Virus record (IMG/VR): IMGVR_UViG_3300046832_003565
Reading direction: 5' to 3' (one strand)
From: an uncultured virus (IMG/VR IMGVR_UViG_3300046832_003565)
Taxonomy: Duplodnaviria > Heunggongvirae > Uroviricota > Caudoviricetes
Length of the DNA: 64,000 bases
Shown here: one piece after another, positions 1 to 10,321 of the stretch
How positions within the stretch are numbered: position 1 is the stretch's first letter
How the letters are laid out: each line of letters starts with the position of its first letter
Notes under the pieces: generated by a model
The model's database searches: none
The model's input: the letters and a program-made list of their open reading frames with translations, nothing else
Told to the model about the DNA's origin: nothing
Position numbers and translations under genes: made by a program

Positions 1-230
1 CTGTAAGAAGCTCTACTACTCATTATATATACAAGGACAATCTTATTGCATCAACAAGCAATACTGTATCTGGCACTGCACTTACTTCAAGTCAATTATT
101 TATAGGTGCTGTACCACCAGGAGCTCCTTTTAATGGCAATATTGGTCAAGTGCAAATCTACAACAGAGCCCTCACACAACAAGAAATATTGCAAAATTTC
201 AATGCTACAAGATTTAGATATGGAATATAA
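1..230 (+). CDS. 3' end of LamG/concanavalin-like domain virion protein (partial)
   Basis: Frame 3 reads ...LFIGAVPPGAPFNGNIGQVQIYNRALTQQEILQNFNATRFRYGI* (TAA at 228-230), a typical phage LamG C-terminus; not in the ORF track. Confidence 0.75.
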   Translation, partial: VRSSTTHYIYKDNLIASTSNTVSGTALTSSQLFIGAVPPGAPFNGNIGQVQIYNRALTQQEILQNFNATRFRYGI

Positions 231-314
231 AACAAATTACATTCTATAAAGAAATATTTTATAAGACAAATAGCGAATAAATAAAAGAAAAGAAAAAATT
301 CTTTAGGTTTCTTT

Positions 315-1070
315 ATGGCAGCACTAAATTTCCCAACATCCCCAACACTAAATCAGATTTTTACAGCTAATGGTAAATCTTGGAAATGGGACGGCACTGC
401 ATGGAAATCATTTAATACAATAAGCATTTCTGGAGGTGGCACAGGACTCACCTCAATTATATCAGGAAATGCTTTTTTATCATCTAATCTAGCAGGAACC
501 GCTCTTACATATAGAACATTTACCGCTGGTACAGGAATGGAAATTACTGTTTCAGCAAACGATGTTACATTTGCAGCTACAGGCGTTTCTTCAGGAACAG
601 TAACTGGAACAGGCACTTCAGGATTTGTACCACTATGGACTTCTGCTGGAGTAGCTCTTACTGACTCGATTATGAGCCAGATAAGCAATACAGTGGTTGT
701 AAGTGGATCAATTAAAGCTCTTACTAAAAGCTTTATTATTCCACACCCAATATTTCCAGAAACAAAAAAATTAGAACATGGATCCTTAGAAGGTCCAGAA
801 CACGGAGCATATCAGAGAGGTACTGGAAAAGGCTTAGAAAAAGTAGATATAAAATTGCCAGATTATTGGTCTCATTTAGTGGAAAAAGATTACACAATTT
901 TATTAACTCCCAAATGCAATCACAATCTTTATGTAGCATCCCAGAACCCCGATTCATTCACCGTAAGAAGGATAGGAAGCAATATCTTTAGTAAGAAGTA
1001 TATTGAGTTCGATTATTTTGTAGTCGGTGAGAGAAAAGATATCAAGATCATTACAGAACAAGACAGGTAA
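315..1070 (+). CDS. Short tail fibre-like protein with C-terminal KSF-HP-LEGPE domain
   Basis: N-terminal 'LNFPTSP...WKWDGTAW' phage module, G/T/S-rich body, C-terminal KSFIIPHP...LEHGSLEGPEHGAYQRG...LPDYW shared with 1087 and 6925. Confidence 0.7.
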   Translation: MAALNFPTSPTLNQIFTANGKSWKWDGTAWKSFNTISISGGGTGLTSIISGNAFLSSNLAGTALTYRTFTAGTGMEITVSANDVTFAATGVSSGTVTGTGTSGFVPLWTSAGVALTDSIMSQISNTVVVSGSIKALTKSFIIPHPIFPETKKLEHGSLEGPEHGAYQRGTGKGLEKVDIKLPDYWSHLVEKDYTILLTPKCNHNLYVASQNPDSFTVRRIGSNIFSKKYIEFDYFVVGERKDIKIITEQDR

Positions 1071-1086
1071 TACCAGGAGATCAAAA

Positions 1087-4000
1087 ATGGCAAACGAAGA
1101 ATTTGCAGATAAGGTTATTTCAGCCTTACAGAAATCACAAAAAGCAGTAGATTTAACTGCCTTAGAAACACCAGAAGTTGCACCAGAAGTTCAAGCTCAA
1201 AGCGATATCATTGCATTTGCTGGAGTTACTAATCCTGAAGGTGATGGTCCTACAAGTGGTGGTTTTAAGGATATCCTTATACTACCAAACTATGGTGGTA
1301 CAGCAGCTACTACACCATCTCAGATCAACTTCTACTGGAAATCACCAACAATTCCTGATCAAACAGGTTTTGATACCAATGTAAGAACTACAATTTACAA
1401 TTTTGCTCAAACTACAGGTGTCGGTGTTACACTTCCAGTTCTTGTTTTTGGTGGTTATGATGGAACAAACAATTATTTACCATCAAGAAACTGGGGAGCA
1501 TCTGGTACTGGTACAACTGCTAAAATCTTCCTTGATCCTTTCCGTGGCGATATCACATTAGATTATCTTGAATTAAACTCTGGTATTGCATCTTCAACTA
1601 GACAAGGCAACCTTTGGTATGATTCTCCAGCTGACAAATTAAGATTTGCAATATCCACATCTACAACATCAGGTTTTGCAAAAACTGTAGCATTTACAGA
1701 TGATATCCCTGGTTCAGTTAACATGTTCTTTAACTGGACAGACTCTTTTTCCAATACATCTACCCCTGATGCAGCACAAGACACATTTAATCTTGTTTCA
1801 GGCTTGGGTGTAACTGTATTTATTAACACTGCTACAGACACTGCAACATTTGGCGCAGCAGTAAGATCACTTAATGATACTATCACATCAACACAATATT
1901 TGATAGCTTCTCCTGCAGTTGTAGCATCTGGTACTGCATTATCTTTCCTTACTGATGTTTCTTATGTACCTAGTACAAGAGCTATGACTCTTACTTCTGG
2001 TTCATTGACCGCTAACATAGTCAATGCAAACGTATCAGGTACCGCTGTTACAGCTAACTTCGTTACTGCCAATACTCAGTTTACTGGTTTCTTATCTGGT
2101 AACGTGACTGGAACAGCTGTAACTGCTAACTTTATAACAGCAAATACACAGATTACTGGTTTTCATAGTGGTAATGTCTCAGGTACAGCTATTACAGCTA
2201 ACTTTATAACTGCCAATACTCAATTTGCTGGATTACTTTCTGGTAATGTTTCCGGTAATGTTTCCGGTACTGCTGTTACAGCAAATTTCGTTACAGCTAA
2301 TACCCAGTTTACTGGTTTCTTATCCGGTAACGTAACTGGTACGGCAGTAACTGCTAACTTTGTAACGGCTAACACCCAGTTTACAGGTTTCCTTTCAGGA
2401 AATGTAACTGGAACTGCAGTCACTGCAAACTTCATTACAGCAAATACACAGTTTACTGGTTTCCATAGCGGTAATGTTTCAGGAACAGCAGTTACAGCTA
2501 ACTTTATTACAGCCAATACACAATTCAATGGAACATTAGTCGGAGTAGCATCTACTGCTTCAGCTGTCACTATCGGAGCTGTAGTTGCTGGTACTTATTA
2601 CCCAACATTTGTAAATGTAAATACTGCTGGTTTAGGATTAACCTTAGTCACTGATGCAAATATCAGTTTTGATGCCAATACAAATGTTCTCACTGTCCCA
2701 GCTCTAAGTGGGAATGTTTCAGGTACAGCAATTACAGCTAACTTTGTTACAGCTAACACCCAGTTTACTGGTTTCCATAGTGGTAATGTTTCAGGTACAG
2801 CTGTTACAGCTAACTTCGTTACAGCTAATACCCAGTTTACAGGATTCTTATCAGGAAATGTAACTGGAACAGCAGTAACCGCAAACTTCATTACTGCTAA
2901 TACTCAGATTACTGGTTTCCATAGTGGTAACCTATCTGGTACTGCTGTCACAGCAAACTTCGTTACAGCAAATACCCAGTTTACTGGTTTCTTGTCAGGT
3001 AATGTTTCTGGTACAGCTGTAACTGCTAACTTCATTACAGCCAACACACAATTCAATGGAACATTGGTTGGTGTAGCCAGCACTGCTTCAGCTGTCACTA
3101 TTGGAGCTGTAGTAGCTGGAAATTATTTCCCTACCTTTGTAAACAGTTCATCTGCTGGCTTAGGATTGACCTTAGTCACTGACTCAAACATTAGTTTTGA
3201 TGCTAATACCAATACACTTACTGTACCTATAATATCAGCATTCCATAGTGGCAACTTATCTGGTACTGCAGTTACAGCAAACTTTGTAACAGCTAACACT
3301 CAGTTTACTGGTTTCTTATCAGGTAATGTAACTGGTACTGCTGTAACTGCTAATTTCATTACAGCTAACACCCAGTTTACTGGTTTCCATAGTGGTAATG
3401 TTTCAGGTACAGCTGTAACAGCTAACTTCATTACAGCCAACACACAATTCAGTGGTCCATTGGTTGGTACAGCAACTACTGCACAAAACTTAAACACTGT
3501 TGCTACTGGATCTAATGTAAATCAACATTTCTTGTTGATGTCAAACACAAACGGCGGTTCTGGTGTTGCAGTTTCAAGTGCTGGTTCAGGATTAACATTT
3601 GCTCCTAACACTAACAGACTTTTTGCTGGATCATTCCAAGCAAATGGTGTTGTTGTAGGTAGTGCTGCAAACACTATTGATTTATTATCAGCAGGATCAT
3701 TAACATTAGGCTCTGCCTCTAATGCAGTTATAATCCCTGGTAACTTGACAGTTCAAGGAACTACAATAACAGTTGATTCAACAATATCAACTTTACAAGA
3801 TCCTATCCTTGTGCTTGGCTCAGCAGTTGGTGGCACTCACCTTATGTCTGATGATGGAAAAGACAGAGGTGTTGAGTTTAGATGGTCCACTGGAGGTGGT
3901 AACGCTACTACTGGTTTCTTTGGATTTGATAGATCAACTAGTAGATTTACGTTTATACCAAGCGGTACTAATGTAGGTGAAGTATTCTCCGGTAATTATG

Positions 4001-6564
4001 GAGTTATAGAAGCTAACCTTTCAGGTAATGCTGTTACAGCATCTATTATTCAAGCTACTAGTGGATTCTTTGGAAACTTTACAGGTACTGTTACTGGTAC
4101 AGCTACAACAGCATCTTCCGTGGTAATTGGAGCTGTAGCAACTGGAACTTATTACCCAACATTTGTAAATACAAGTAGCGCATCTATTGGTTTAACCTTA
4201 GTAACTGATGCAAACATCAGTTTCGATGCAAGTACAAATGTTCTTACTGTCCCAGCTCTAAGTGGTAATGTCTCAGGAACTGCAGTTACAGCTAACTTCA
4301 TTACTGCGAATACCCAGTTTACTGGTTTTCATAGTGGTAATGTTTCCGGTACTGCAGTCACTGCAAACTTCATAACTGCTAATACTCAATTTGCTGGATT
4401 ATTGTCAGGTAATGTTTCTGGTAATGTTTCCGGTACTGCTATAACAGCTAACTTTGTAACAGCAAATACCCAGTTTACTGGTTTTCATAGTGGTAACCTA
4501 TCTGGTACTGCAGTTACAGCTAACTTTGTTACAGCCAACACTCAGTTTACTGGTTTCTTATCAGGTAACGTAACTGGCACAGCTGTTACTGCAAACTTTA
4601 TTACAGCTAACACTCAGATCACTGGTTTTCATAGTGGCAACCTATCTGGTACTGCTGTTACTGCTAACTTCATTACAGCCAATACTCAGTTCAATGGAAC
4701 ATTAGCTGGCGTAGCCAGCACAGCTTCAGCTGTTACTATTGGAGCTGTAGTAGCTGGTACTTATTACCCAACATTTGTAAATAGTTCATCTGCAGGTTTA
4801 GGTTTAACCTTAGTCACTGATGCAAACATTAGTTTTGACGCTAATACAAATGTTCTTACTGTTCCAGCTGTAAGTGGTAATGTTTCAGGAACTGCAGTTA
4901 CTGCAAACTTTGTTACTGCTAATACTCAGTTTACTGGTTTCCTTTCAGGAAATGTAACTGGTACAGCTGTTACAGCAAACTTCATAACCGCTAACACTCA
5001 GATTACAGGTTTTCATAGTGGTAATGTTTCCGGTACTGCTATCACAGCTAACTTCATTACAGCTAATACTCAATTTGCTGGATTACTTTCAGGTAATGTT
5101 TCAGGAAATGTTTCAGGTACAGCTGTCACTGCAAACTTTGTCACTGCAAACACTCAGTTTAATGGATTACTTTCAGGTAATGTTTCAGGTAATGTTTCAG
5201 GAACTGCAGTAACAGCTAACTTTATAACAGCTAACACTCAGTTTAATGGAACATTAGCTGGCGTAGCCAGCACAGCTTCAGCTGTTACTATTGGAGCTGT
5301 AGTAGCTGGTACTTATTACCCAACATTTGTAAATAGTTCATCTGCTGGCTTGGGATTAACTTTAGTAACTGATGCAAACATTAGTTTCGATGCAAGTACA
5401 AATGTTCTTACTGTCCCAGCTGTAAGTGGAAATGTTTCAGGTACTGCAGTTACTGCAAACTTCATCACAGCTAACACTCAGTTTACTGGTTTCCATAGTG
5501 GTAATGTCTCTGGTACAGCTGTTACTGCTAACTTTATCACAGCTAATACTCAGATTACTGGGTTCCATAGTGGTAATGTCTCAGGTACAGCTATTACAGC
5601 TAACTTCATTACAGCTAATACACAATTTGCTGGATTATTGTCAGGTAATGTTTCAGGAAATGTTTCAGGAACTGCTGTTACAGCTAACTTCGTTACTGCT
5701 AATACCCAGTTTACTGGTTTCTTATCTGGAAATGTAACTGGTACTGCAGTCACAGCTAACTTCATAACTGCTAACACACAGATTACTGGATTCCATAGTG
5801 GAAACTTGTCAGGTACAGCTGTTACAGCTAACTTCATCACTGCTAATACTCAGTTTAATGGAACACTCGTAGGTTCTGTATCTGGTACTGCTACTACTGC
5901 ACAAAATATCATTGTAGGGAATGCTGCATCACAAAATGCAGCACACGCTATATTGTTCAGTAATCCTGCCACTTCAGCATCAGGTTTAGCAGTTTCAAGT
6001 AATACAAGCCTTAGTTATAATCCATCAACAAACTTGTTGACCACTGGTCTATTAAATATCACTTCGACTACAGCGTTGTCTTCTGGTACATACCTTACAT
6101 TAACTTCAAATGTAACTGATAATAACTCAACAAGTGACTTCTTCATCAGAGCATTGACATCTACTTCTGAATCAAAATTCTCTGTTGATGCAAATGGAAA
6201 CTTGAGAGCAACAACCAAGAGCTTTGATATTCAGCACCCGACTAAACCAGGTATGAGACTTGTGTACGGTGTTCTTGAAGGACCTGAACATGGTGTATAT
6301 CATAGAGGAACAGTTGAAGGTAAGGGAGTTGTCCAAATAAATCTTCCTGATTATTGGCACAAACTTATTGGTGAAAAATACACCATTCAGCTAACTCCAT
6401 GGGGCAACTATAATGTTCATATTGTAGAAAAAACACAAGATTACTTTACAATAAGATTAGTAGGAGATCCAATTTCAAGAGCATTGAAAACAATCAAGGT
6501 TGACTATATTGTTCATGGTTCAAGATTAGATGCACCATTGAAGGTTGAACAAGATTCACAATAA
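1087..6564 (+). CDS. Long repeat-rich tail fibre protein (~1825 aa)
   Basis: Start moved to ATG 1087 behind CAGGAG; about 32 copies of a 24-aa repeat; central 'DRGVEFRW...GFFGFDRS' fibre module; shared C-terminal domain. Confidence 0.8.
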   Translation: MANEEFADKVISALQKSQKAVDLTALETPEVAPEVQAQSDIIAFAGVTNPEGDGPTSGGFKDILILPNYGGTAATTPSQINFYWKSPTIPDQTGFDTNVRTTIYNFAQTTGVGVTLPVLVFGGYDGTNNYLPSRNWGASGTGTTAKIFLDPFRGDITLDYLELNSGIASSTRQGNLWYDSPADKLRFAISTSTTSGFAKTVAFTDDIPGSVNMFFNWTDSFSNTSTPDAAQDTFNLVSGLGVTVFINTATDTATFGAAVRSLNDTITSTQYLIASPAVVASGTALSFLTDVSYVPSTRAMTLTSGSLTANIVNANVSGTAVTANFVTANTQFTGFLSGNVTGTAVTANFITANTQITGFHSGNVSGTAITANFITANTQFAGLLSGNVSGNVSGTAVTANFVTANTQFTGFLSGNVTGTAVTANFVTANTQFTGFLSGNVTGTAVTANFITANTQFTGFHSGNVSGTAVTANFITANTQFNGTLVGVASTASAVTIGAVVAGTYYPTFVNVNTAGLGLTLVTDANISFDANTNVLTVPALSGNVSGTAITANFVTANTQFTGFHSGNVSGTAVTANFVTANTQFTGFLSGNVTGTAVTANFITANTQITGFHSGNLSGTAVTANFVTANTQFTGFLSGNVSGTAVTANFITANTQFNGTLVGVASTASAVTIGAVVAGNYFPTFVNSSSAGLGLTLVTDSNISFDANTNTLTVPIISAFHSGNLSGTAVTANFVTANTQFTGFLSGNVTGTAVTANFITANTQFTGFHSGNVSGTAVTANFITANTQFSGPLVGTATTAQNLNTVATGSNVNQHFLLMSNTNGGSGVAVSSAGSGLTFAPNTNRLFAGSFQANGVVVGSAANTIDLLSAGSLTLGSASNAVIIPGNLTVQGTTITVDSTISTLQDPILVLGSAVGGTHLMSDDGKDRGVEFRWSTGGGNATTGFFGFDRSTSRFTFIPSGTNVGEVFSGNYGVIEANLSGNAVTASIIQATSGFFGNFTGTVTGTATTASSVVIGAVATGTYYPTFVNTSSASIGLTLVTDANISFDASTNVLTVPALSGNVSGTAVTANFITANTQFTGFHSGNVSGTAVTANFITANTQFAGLLSGNVSGNVSGTAITANFVTANTQFTGFHSGNLSGTAVTANFVTANTQFTGFLSGNVTGTAVTANFITANTQITGFHSGNLSGTAVTANFITANTQFNGTLAGVASTASAVTIGAVVAGTYYPTFVNSSSAGLGLTLVTDANISFDANTNVLTVPAVSGNVSGTAVTANFVTANTQFTGFLSGNVTGTAVTANFITANTQITGFHSGNVSGTAITANFITANTQFAGLLSGNVSGNVSGTAVTANFVTANTQFNGLLSGNVSGNVSGTAVTANFITANTQFNGTLAGVASTASAVTIGAVVAGTYYPTFVNSSSAGLGLTLVTDANISFDASTNVLTVPAVSGNVSGTAVTANFITANTQFTGFHSGNVSGTAVTANFITANTQITGFHSGNVSGTAITANFITANTQFAGLLSGNVSGNVSGTAVTANFVTANTQFTGFLSGNVTGTAVTANFITANTQITGFHSGNLSGTAVTANFITANTQFNGTLVGSVSGTATTAQNIIVGNAASQNAAHAILFSNPATSASGLAVSSNTSLSYNPSTNLLTTGLLNITSTTALSSGTYLTLTSNVTDNNSTSDFFIRALTSTSESKFSVDANGNLRATTKSFDIQHPTKPGMRLVYGVLEGPEHGVYHRGTVEGKGVVQINLPDYWHKLIGEKYTIQLTPWGNYNVHIVEKTQDYFTIRLVGDPISRALKTIKVDYIVHGSRLDAPLKVEQDSQ
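2030..5870 (+). repeat. Intragenic 72-bp (24-aa) repeat array SGNV(S/T)GTAVTANF(I/V)TANTQFTGF(L/H), six blocks punctuated by YPTFVN spacer modules and one unique central segment
   Basis: Period 72 nt (e.g. GGTACCGCT 2038 to GGAACAGCT 2110); blocks of 7,5,3,6,5,6 units counted from the translation. Confidence 0.95.
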
Positions 6565-6590
6565 ATCTCTTGGTAATGTAAAAATATATA

Positions 6591-6618
6591 AAGGAAGGTG
6601 CAGAAATGTGCCTTCCTT
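6591..6618 (+). terminator. Hairpin/intrinsic terminator after the long fibre gene
   Basis: AAGGAAGGtgcaGAAAtgtgCCTTCCTT inverted repeat. Confidence 0.7.
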
Positions 6619-6658
6619 GTATTAATAAAAAGTAAGAAGAAGAATTTTCAAATAAATT

Positions 6659-6916
6659 ATGCACAAATTCAGAATATTTCTCAAGACTAATAGAGTAGTA
6701 GACTGGTTAGTAATTGAAGAAGGCAACATCAATATTGAAGAAGGTATAAGATTTATATATACATATTTAGATATTGATCTAAATACTATTGATAGAAAAT
6801 TATTTATTATAAATGGTAATGATTTTGCTGCAATTGGTAGAAGTGGTAAGGACACTAGAATTGCCATCTTAGAATTACTCTTGGATGCTACTGGTGCAAT
6901 TTTAGTGAAGGAATAA
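6659..6916 (+). CDS. Hypothetical protein
   Basis: 85-aa ORF filling the gap between fibre genes. Confidence 0.6.
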   Translation: MHKFRIFLKTNRVVDWLVIEEGNINIEEGIRFIYTYLDIDLNTIDRKLFIINGNDFAAIGRSGKDTRIAILELLLDATGAILVKE

Positions 6917-6924
6917 TTTAGAGA

Positions 6925-9633
6925 ATGCCTACAGATGTCATTATTGATCCATCAAGTGGTCAAATATACTGGAATGATGGCACTGGCTCACCTCAATCAA
7001 TTTCATTAGGTGGTAATGCTCAAGATACTATATCTGTAACTGGATATGGTGCAGTTTTCACTCCTGGTTCTACAGTTGGTGGTACTACTGTACTGGTAAG
7101 ATTCAAAGACTCTGCTCTAGAAACTTTAGCACCAGGAACAAATGGTTATGAATTAGGTTCTTCCACTTTAAGATGGAAATTATTTGCCACTACTGGTAAT
7201 TTTTCAGATTCTACAAATTCAACATCTTTAACAAGTGGTGCATTTCAAATACAAGGCGGTATAGCAGTTTCTGGAAATGCATCTTTTGGTCAGTCAGTAT
7301 TATTTTGGACTCCTGGTGGTGCTAACTATATTGGTTTTAGAGCACCAGCATCTGCGGGAAACACTACATATGTACTTCCTTCTGCTGCGCCTATATCTGG
7401 AGGCACTGGAACATCTGTCTTAAGCTCAGACCAAACAGGCATTTTATCATGGGTTCCAATGGTAGCTGGGGGGGCAGGTGGTGGTTCAAGCACCATTTCA
7501 ATTGTCACAGCAGGCATAAATCCAACACTTCATCCAGTATTATTTACTCCTACACAAGGAACTTCAGCTGCTGCAGCTGTTTCATCTAATACAACATTAT
7601 TATATTCACCCTCTACAGAAACTTTTTATGTTTCGGGCATATTAGTAACATCTACAACAGTTTCAAGCAATCAAGGTACTGGAGCAATATTAATTGCTGG
7701 TGGCATGGGTGTTTCTGGGCAAATTAACGCTGCCTCAATGCAAATTGCTGGTAATGCAGTTATCAGCGGTAACTTAACATTTAATGGTGTTGGAGTATTT
7801 GGAAACGCAACCTCAGACACTATCACTTCCTTAGCCAGATATGCTTCGGATTTATTACCTTCCACAGATAACTCTCATGATTTTGGTACATCTGCATTAG
7901 GATGGAGAAATACTTATTTTTCAGGTATAGGTACTTTCGCTGGAGCATTGAGAGTAACATCAAGTACCACATCTATTTCAACATCTACAGGTGCATTTTC
8001 TGTAACAGGTGGTGTTGGTATAGGTGGTTCATTATATGTTACTACATCTGTTCCATCTAATATATCTGGTTTTTATGTATTCAATGGAGTTCTTTCTGGA
8101 ACAGCAATAACAACCCCTAGTGTAACCGCCACAAATATAAGAACAACTGCAAGTACATTAAATATTGTTGACTCAGGTACTACAAATACTGTTTTGCAAT
8201 ACAATGGTACTAGATTTGGTGTATTGATCGCTGCTAATTCAACAAGTTCAAGTGATGGTGGATTGGTAACTACTGGTGGTGCTGGATTTGGTGGATCTAT
8301 CAATGTTAATGGAAATATAGGTGTAAGATCTGGATTTGAATTAAGAATATTTAATCCTGCTGATAATGCATACACAGGATTTGATTTTACTGGATCTGCG
8401 TCAACTACATATATTTTACCACCTGCTTCACCAGCTATTGGAAACTCTGTACTACAATCAACAACTGGTGGTGTGATGTCTTGGGTGCCAATGGCGACAG
8501 GAAGTGGTTCACCAGCTGGAAACAATACAGAATTGCAATTTAATAATGGTGGTACTTTTGGTGGTGCTACTGGAATAACTTATCAATCAACATCATATCT
8601 AGTTTCTATAGCATCTACTGCAGATCAAAGAGCAGTAACTACTGTAGGCTTAAGATTAGTTAACAATGCTACAGTGTCTGTTGCAGGTGTTCAACAAAGA
8701 TTTTCTCCAGCATTTGAAATTGCCGGTAAAACAGTTACAACACCAGCCACAGAAAATTTTAACAGATTCCTTACTGAAGTCGTAGGCACTATCAATTCGT
8801 ATGGTGCACAACAACAATGGAAATATAGTTTAGATACTGGAACTCCAACATATTCTAACCCAATTTTTGTAATTCATTCTCAAAAAGGTGTAGGTATTGG
8901 ATATTCTGCTATAACATTCCAAAATTTCTTTAGAGCTAGCGCTACTCAAGCAATTGAATTAACATATGTATTACCTGTAGCATACCCAGGCACTGGAACA
9001 TCAGTGTTGAGTTCAAATACCACAGGTGACTTATCTTGGGTACCAATGACAGCTGGTGGTTCTGGAACTCCAGGCGGTTCAAATAGGCAAATTCAATACA
9101 ATAATTCAACTACTTTTGGTGGTGCTTCTGGTTTTGAATATGTGTCTGCTGGTAATGCTGTCACAGTAAATATATTTGCAACCGCTGGTGGTGGTTCAAC
9201 TTCTGGTTTATCAATTAATACAATTAATGGAACTACAACAAGAATAGGTATTGGTCTTACAAATCCAGCATTTGAACTTGAAATTCGTGGTGAACTATCA
9301 GCAACAAACAAAAGCTTTGTAATTGATCACCCGACAAAACCAGGCATGAAGCTTCGATATGGATCATTAGAAGGTCCTGAAAACGGAGTTTATGTAAGAG
9401 GACAATTGCTAGGAACAAATATCATTGAAACTCCTGATTACTGGAGAGGTCTTGTTCATGATGATTCATGTACAATTCATTTAACACCAATTGGGAATTA
9501 TCAGCAACTTTATGTAGAAAAAATACAAGATTATAAAGTTTATGTTGGTACAGCAAGTACTTTTGAAATTAATTGTTTCTATTCAGTATGGGCTGAGAGA
9601 AAAGATATTTCAAAATTAAACGTGGAGTATTAA
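6925..9633 (+). CDS. Tail fibre-like protein with C-terminal KSF-HP-LEGPE domain
   Basis: G/S/T-rich; 'S-T-x-T-G-A-x-x-V-x-GG-x-G-I-GG' fibre repeats; three 'YxLP...SVLxS..G.LSWVPM' modules; RIGIGLTNP...ATNKSFVIDHP. Confidence 0.8.
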   Translation: MPTDVIIDPSSGQIYWNDGTGSPQSISLGGNAQDTISVTGYGAVFTPGSTVGGTTVLVRFKDSALETLAPGTNGYELGSSTLRWKLFATTGNFSDSTNSTSLTSGAFQIQGGIAVSGNASFGQSVLFWTPGGANYIGFRAPASAGNTTYVLPSAAPISGGTGTSVLSSDQTGILSWVPMVAGGAGGGSSTISIVTAGINPTLHPVLFTPTQGTSAAAAVSSNTTLLYSPSTETFYVSGILVTSTTVSSNQGTGAILIAGGMGVSGQINAASMQIAGNAVISGNLTFNGVGVFGNATSDTITSLARYASDLLPSTDNSHDFGTSALGWRNTYFSGIGTFAGALRVTSSTTSISTSTGAFSVTGGVGIGGSLYVTTSVPSNISGFYVFNGVLSGTAITTPSVTATNIRTTASTLNIVDSGTTNTVLQYNGTRFGVLIAANSTSSSDGGLVTTGGAGFGGSINVNGNIGVRSGFELRIFNPADNAYTGFDFTGSASTTYILPPASPAIGNSVLQSTTGGVMSWVPMATGSGSPAGNNTELQFNNGGTFGGATGITYQSTSYLVSIASTADQRAVTTVGLRLVNNATVSVAGVQQRFSPAFEIAGKTVTTPATENFNRFLTEVVGTINSYGAQQQWKYSLDTGTPTYSNPIFVIHSQKGVGIGYSAITFQNFFRASATQAIELTYVLPVAYPGTGTSVLSSNTTGDLSWVPMTAGGSGTPGGSNRQIQYNNSTTFGGASGFEYVSAGNAVTVNIFATAGGGSTSGLSINTINGTTTRIGIGLTNPAFELEIRGELSATNKSFVIDHPTKPGMKLRYGSLEGPENGVYVRGQLLGTNIIETPDYWRGLVHDDSCTIHLTPIGNYQQLYVEKIQDYKVYVGTASTFEINCFYSVWAERKDISKLNVEY

Positions 9634-9634
9634 T

Positions 9635-10321
9635 ATGGGGCAATATTATAATCCAAACATTGTAACATCAGGATTAATTCTAAATATTGACGCTTCTAAT
9701 CGAATATCTTATCCTGGTGCCGGAACCATTATAAATGATATGTCTGGTAGCAATGCTCATGGCACAATTAATGGCTCAGTATCTTTTGTTGGCGTTGGAG
9801 CTTCAAGTTACTGGAATTTTGCCACAGCTTCAAGTGCAAACTATATATCATCTACTTTATCTCAAGCTTATGTTGATTGCACAATAATATTTCAGCCTGA
9901 TTTTACTGTAAATAATAATTCGTCATTAGTTGGGTTAATAGCAGCCTCTAATGATACAACCAACACCGATAAAAGCATGCGTTTTGGAACAGCTAATGGA
10001 ACGGGACCTTGGACGGTAAAATCTTCTGGATTAAATGCAGATGATTGGGGCAACACTTCAACCACTTTTTATGTTAATGGAGTTTCTGTTGCTAATGGTG
10101 CTTCATTGAACGCTGGATGGAATATTTTAGGAGCATACAGAACTAATCAGACAACATTTCCAGCATCATTTGCATATTTTTTAGGGACAGAAGGATTTAG
10201 CGGTGGAGTCAGAGATTTTCAAGGTCGTATTGCTCTTTGCCTAATGTACAACAGGCAATTGTCTGATAGAGAACACGCTAAAAATTATGCAGCATTTAAG
10301 GGAAGGTTTGGTCTAACATAA
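9635..10321 (+). CDS. LamG-like virion protein
   Basis: 'IVTSGLILNIDASN..SYPG.G...DMSG' start and 'MYNRQLS...NY.AFKGRFGL' end. Confidence 0.75.
   Translation: MGQYYNPNIVTSGLILNIDASNRISYPGAGTIINDMSGSNAHGTINGSVSFVGVGASSYWNFATASSANYISSTLSQAYVDCTIIFQPDFTVNNNSSLVGLIAASNDTTNTDKSMRFGTANGTGPWTVKSSGLNADDWGNTSTTFYVNGVSVANGASLNAGWNILGAYRTNQTTFPASFAYFLGTEGFSGGVRDFQGRIALCLMYNRQLSDREHAKNYAAFKGRFGLT

Noticed and set aside
2030..5870. Regular repeats as a CRISPR array or DGR template/variable repeat
   Set aside because: In-frame coding repeats with third-position variation; no unique spacers, no adenine-specific pattern, no reverse transcriptase or cas gene in the window
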